Below, piece after piece: positions 19,860 to 20,000 of a stretch of 20,000 nucleotides of DNA. The DNA lies in contig JARQWU010000027.1 in the NCBI GenBank assembly GCA_040182905.1, positions 47,982 through 67,981 of the forward strand, in the 5' to 3' direction. The DNA is from Barthelona sp. PAP020. Lineage: Eukaryota. The notes beneath the pieces were generated by a model. The model saw only the letters and a program-made list of their open reading frames with translations. It was not told the origin of the DNA and searched no databases. Within the stretch, counting starts at the first letter, position 1. Each line of letters opens with the position of its first letter. A program made the position numbers and the translations under genes.

Positions 19860-19900
19860 GTCAAAAATTTGGGGGTAGGTTAAGGAAAAGTTCCGTACCT
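19860..19900 (-). repeat. Inverted, diverged copy of the repeat's 5' part (pairs with 19578-19616)
   Basis: Reverse complement AGGTACGGAACTTTTCCTTAACCTACCCCCAAATTTTTGAC versus AGGTACGAACCTTTTTCTGAACTTACCC--AAATTAGAGAC: 31/41 columns identical by hand. Confidence 0.65.
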
Positions 19901-20000
19901 CGAGGGAAAAAGGAAGAATCGGAAAATTTCGATTCACCAAAAACAATAGGCTTGTGAACAACCCTCATTTTTTTTTTTTTTTATATAAGAGGGAAAGAAA

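Noticed and set aside
19751..20000. 68-aa ORF at 19751-19957 and the T-run near 19968-19982 as a retro-element poly(A) tail
   Set aside because: The ORF lies inside the degenerate repeat. The T-run is at the window edge with no visible target-site duplication, and homopolymers are common in this DNA.

Overview
AT-rich, gene-dense, intron-poor eukaryotic (protist-like) DNA read with the standard genetic code. The left half (0.4-9.5 kb) is a compact housekeeping block: a PIG-F/Gpi11-like membrane protein; an N-terminal ubiquitin-like (UBL) protein whose first exon and 41-nt GT-AG intron are missed by the ORF track; NatA auxiliary subunit NAA15; guanylate kinase; an LRMDA-like LRR protein; a small secreted poly-Ser protein; and a membrane-anchored molybdenum-cofactor-sulfurase-like PLP enzyme with no MOSC domain. 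The right half is more volatile: a ~2.4-kb decayed minus-strand gene; an intact kinesin-fold coiled-coil protein lacking all ATPase motifs; and a ~3.9-kb segment bounded by ~105-bp direct repeats that holds an intact WD40 gene and a disrupted kinase + HECT-like pseudogene. The right repeat also forms one arm of a ~320-bp degenerate inverted repeat. No rRNA, tRNA, CRISPR array or transposase was recognised. All family calls come from motif recognition by eye, not from database searches.
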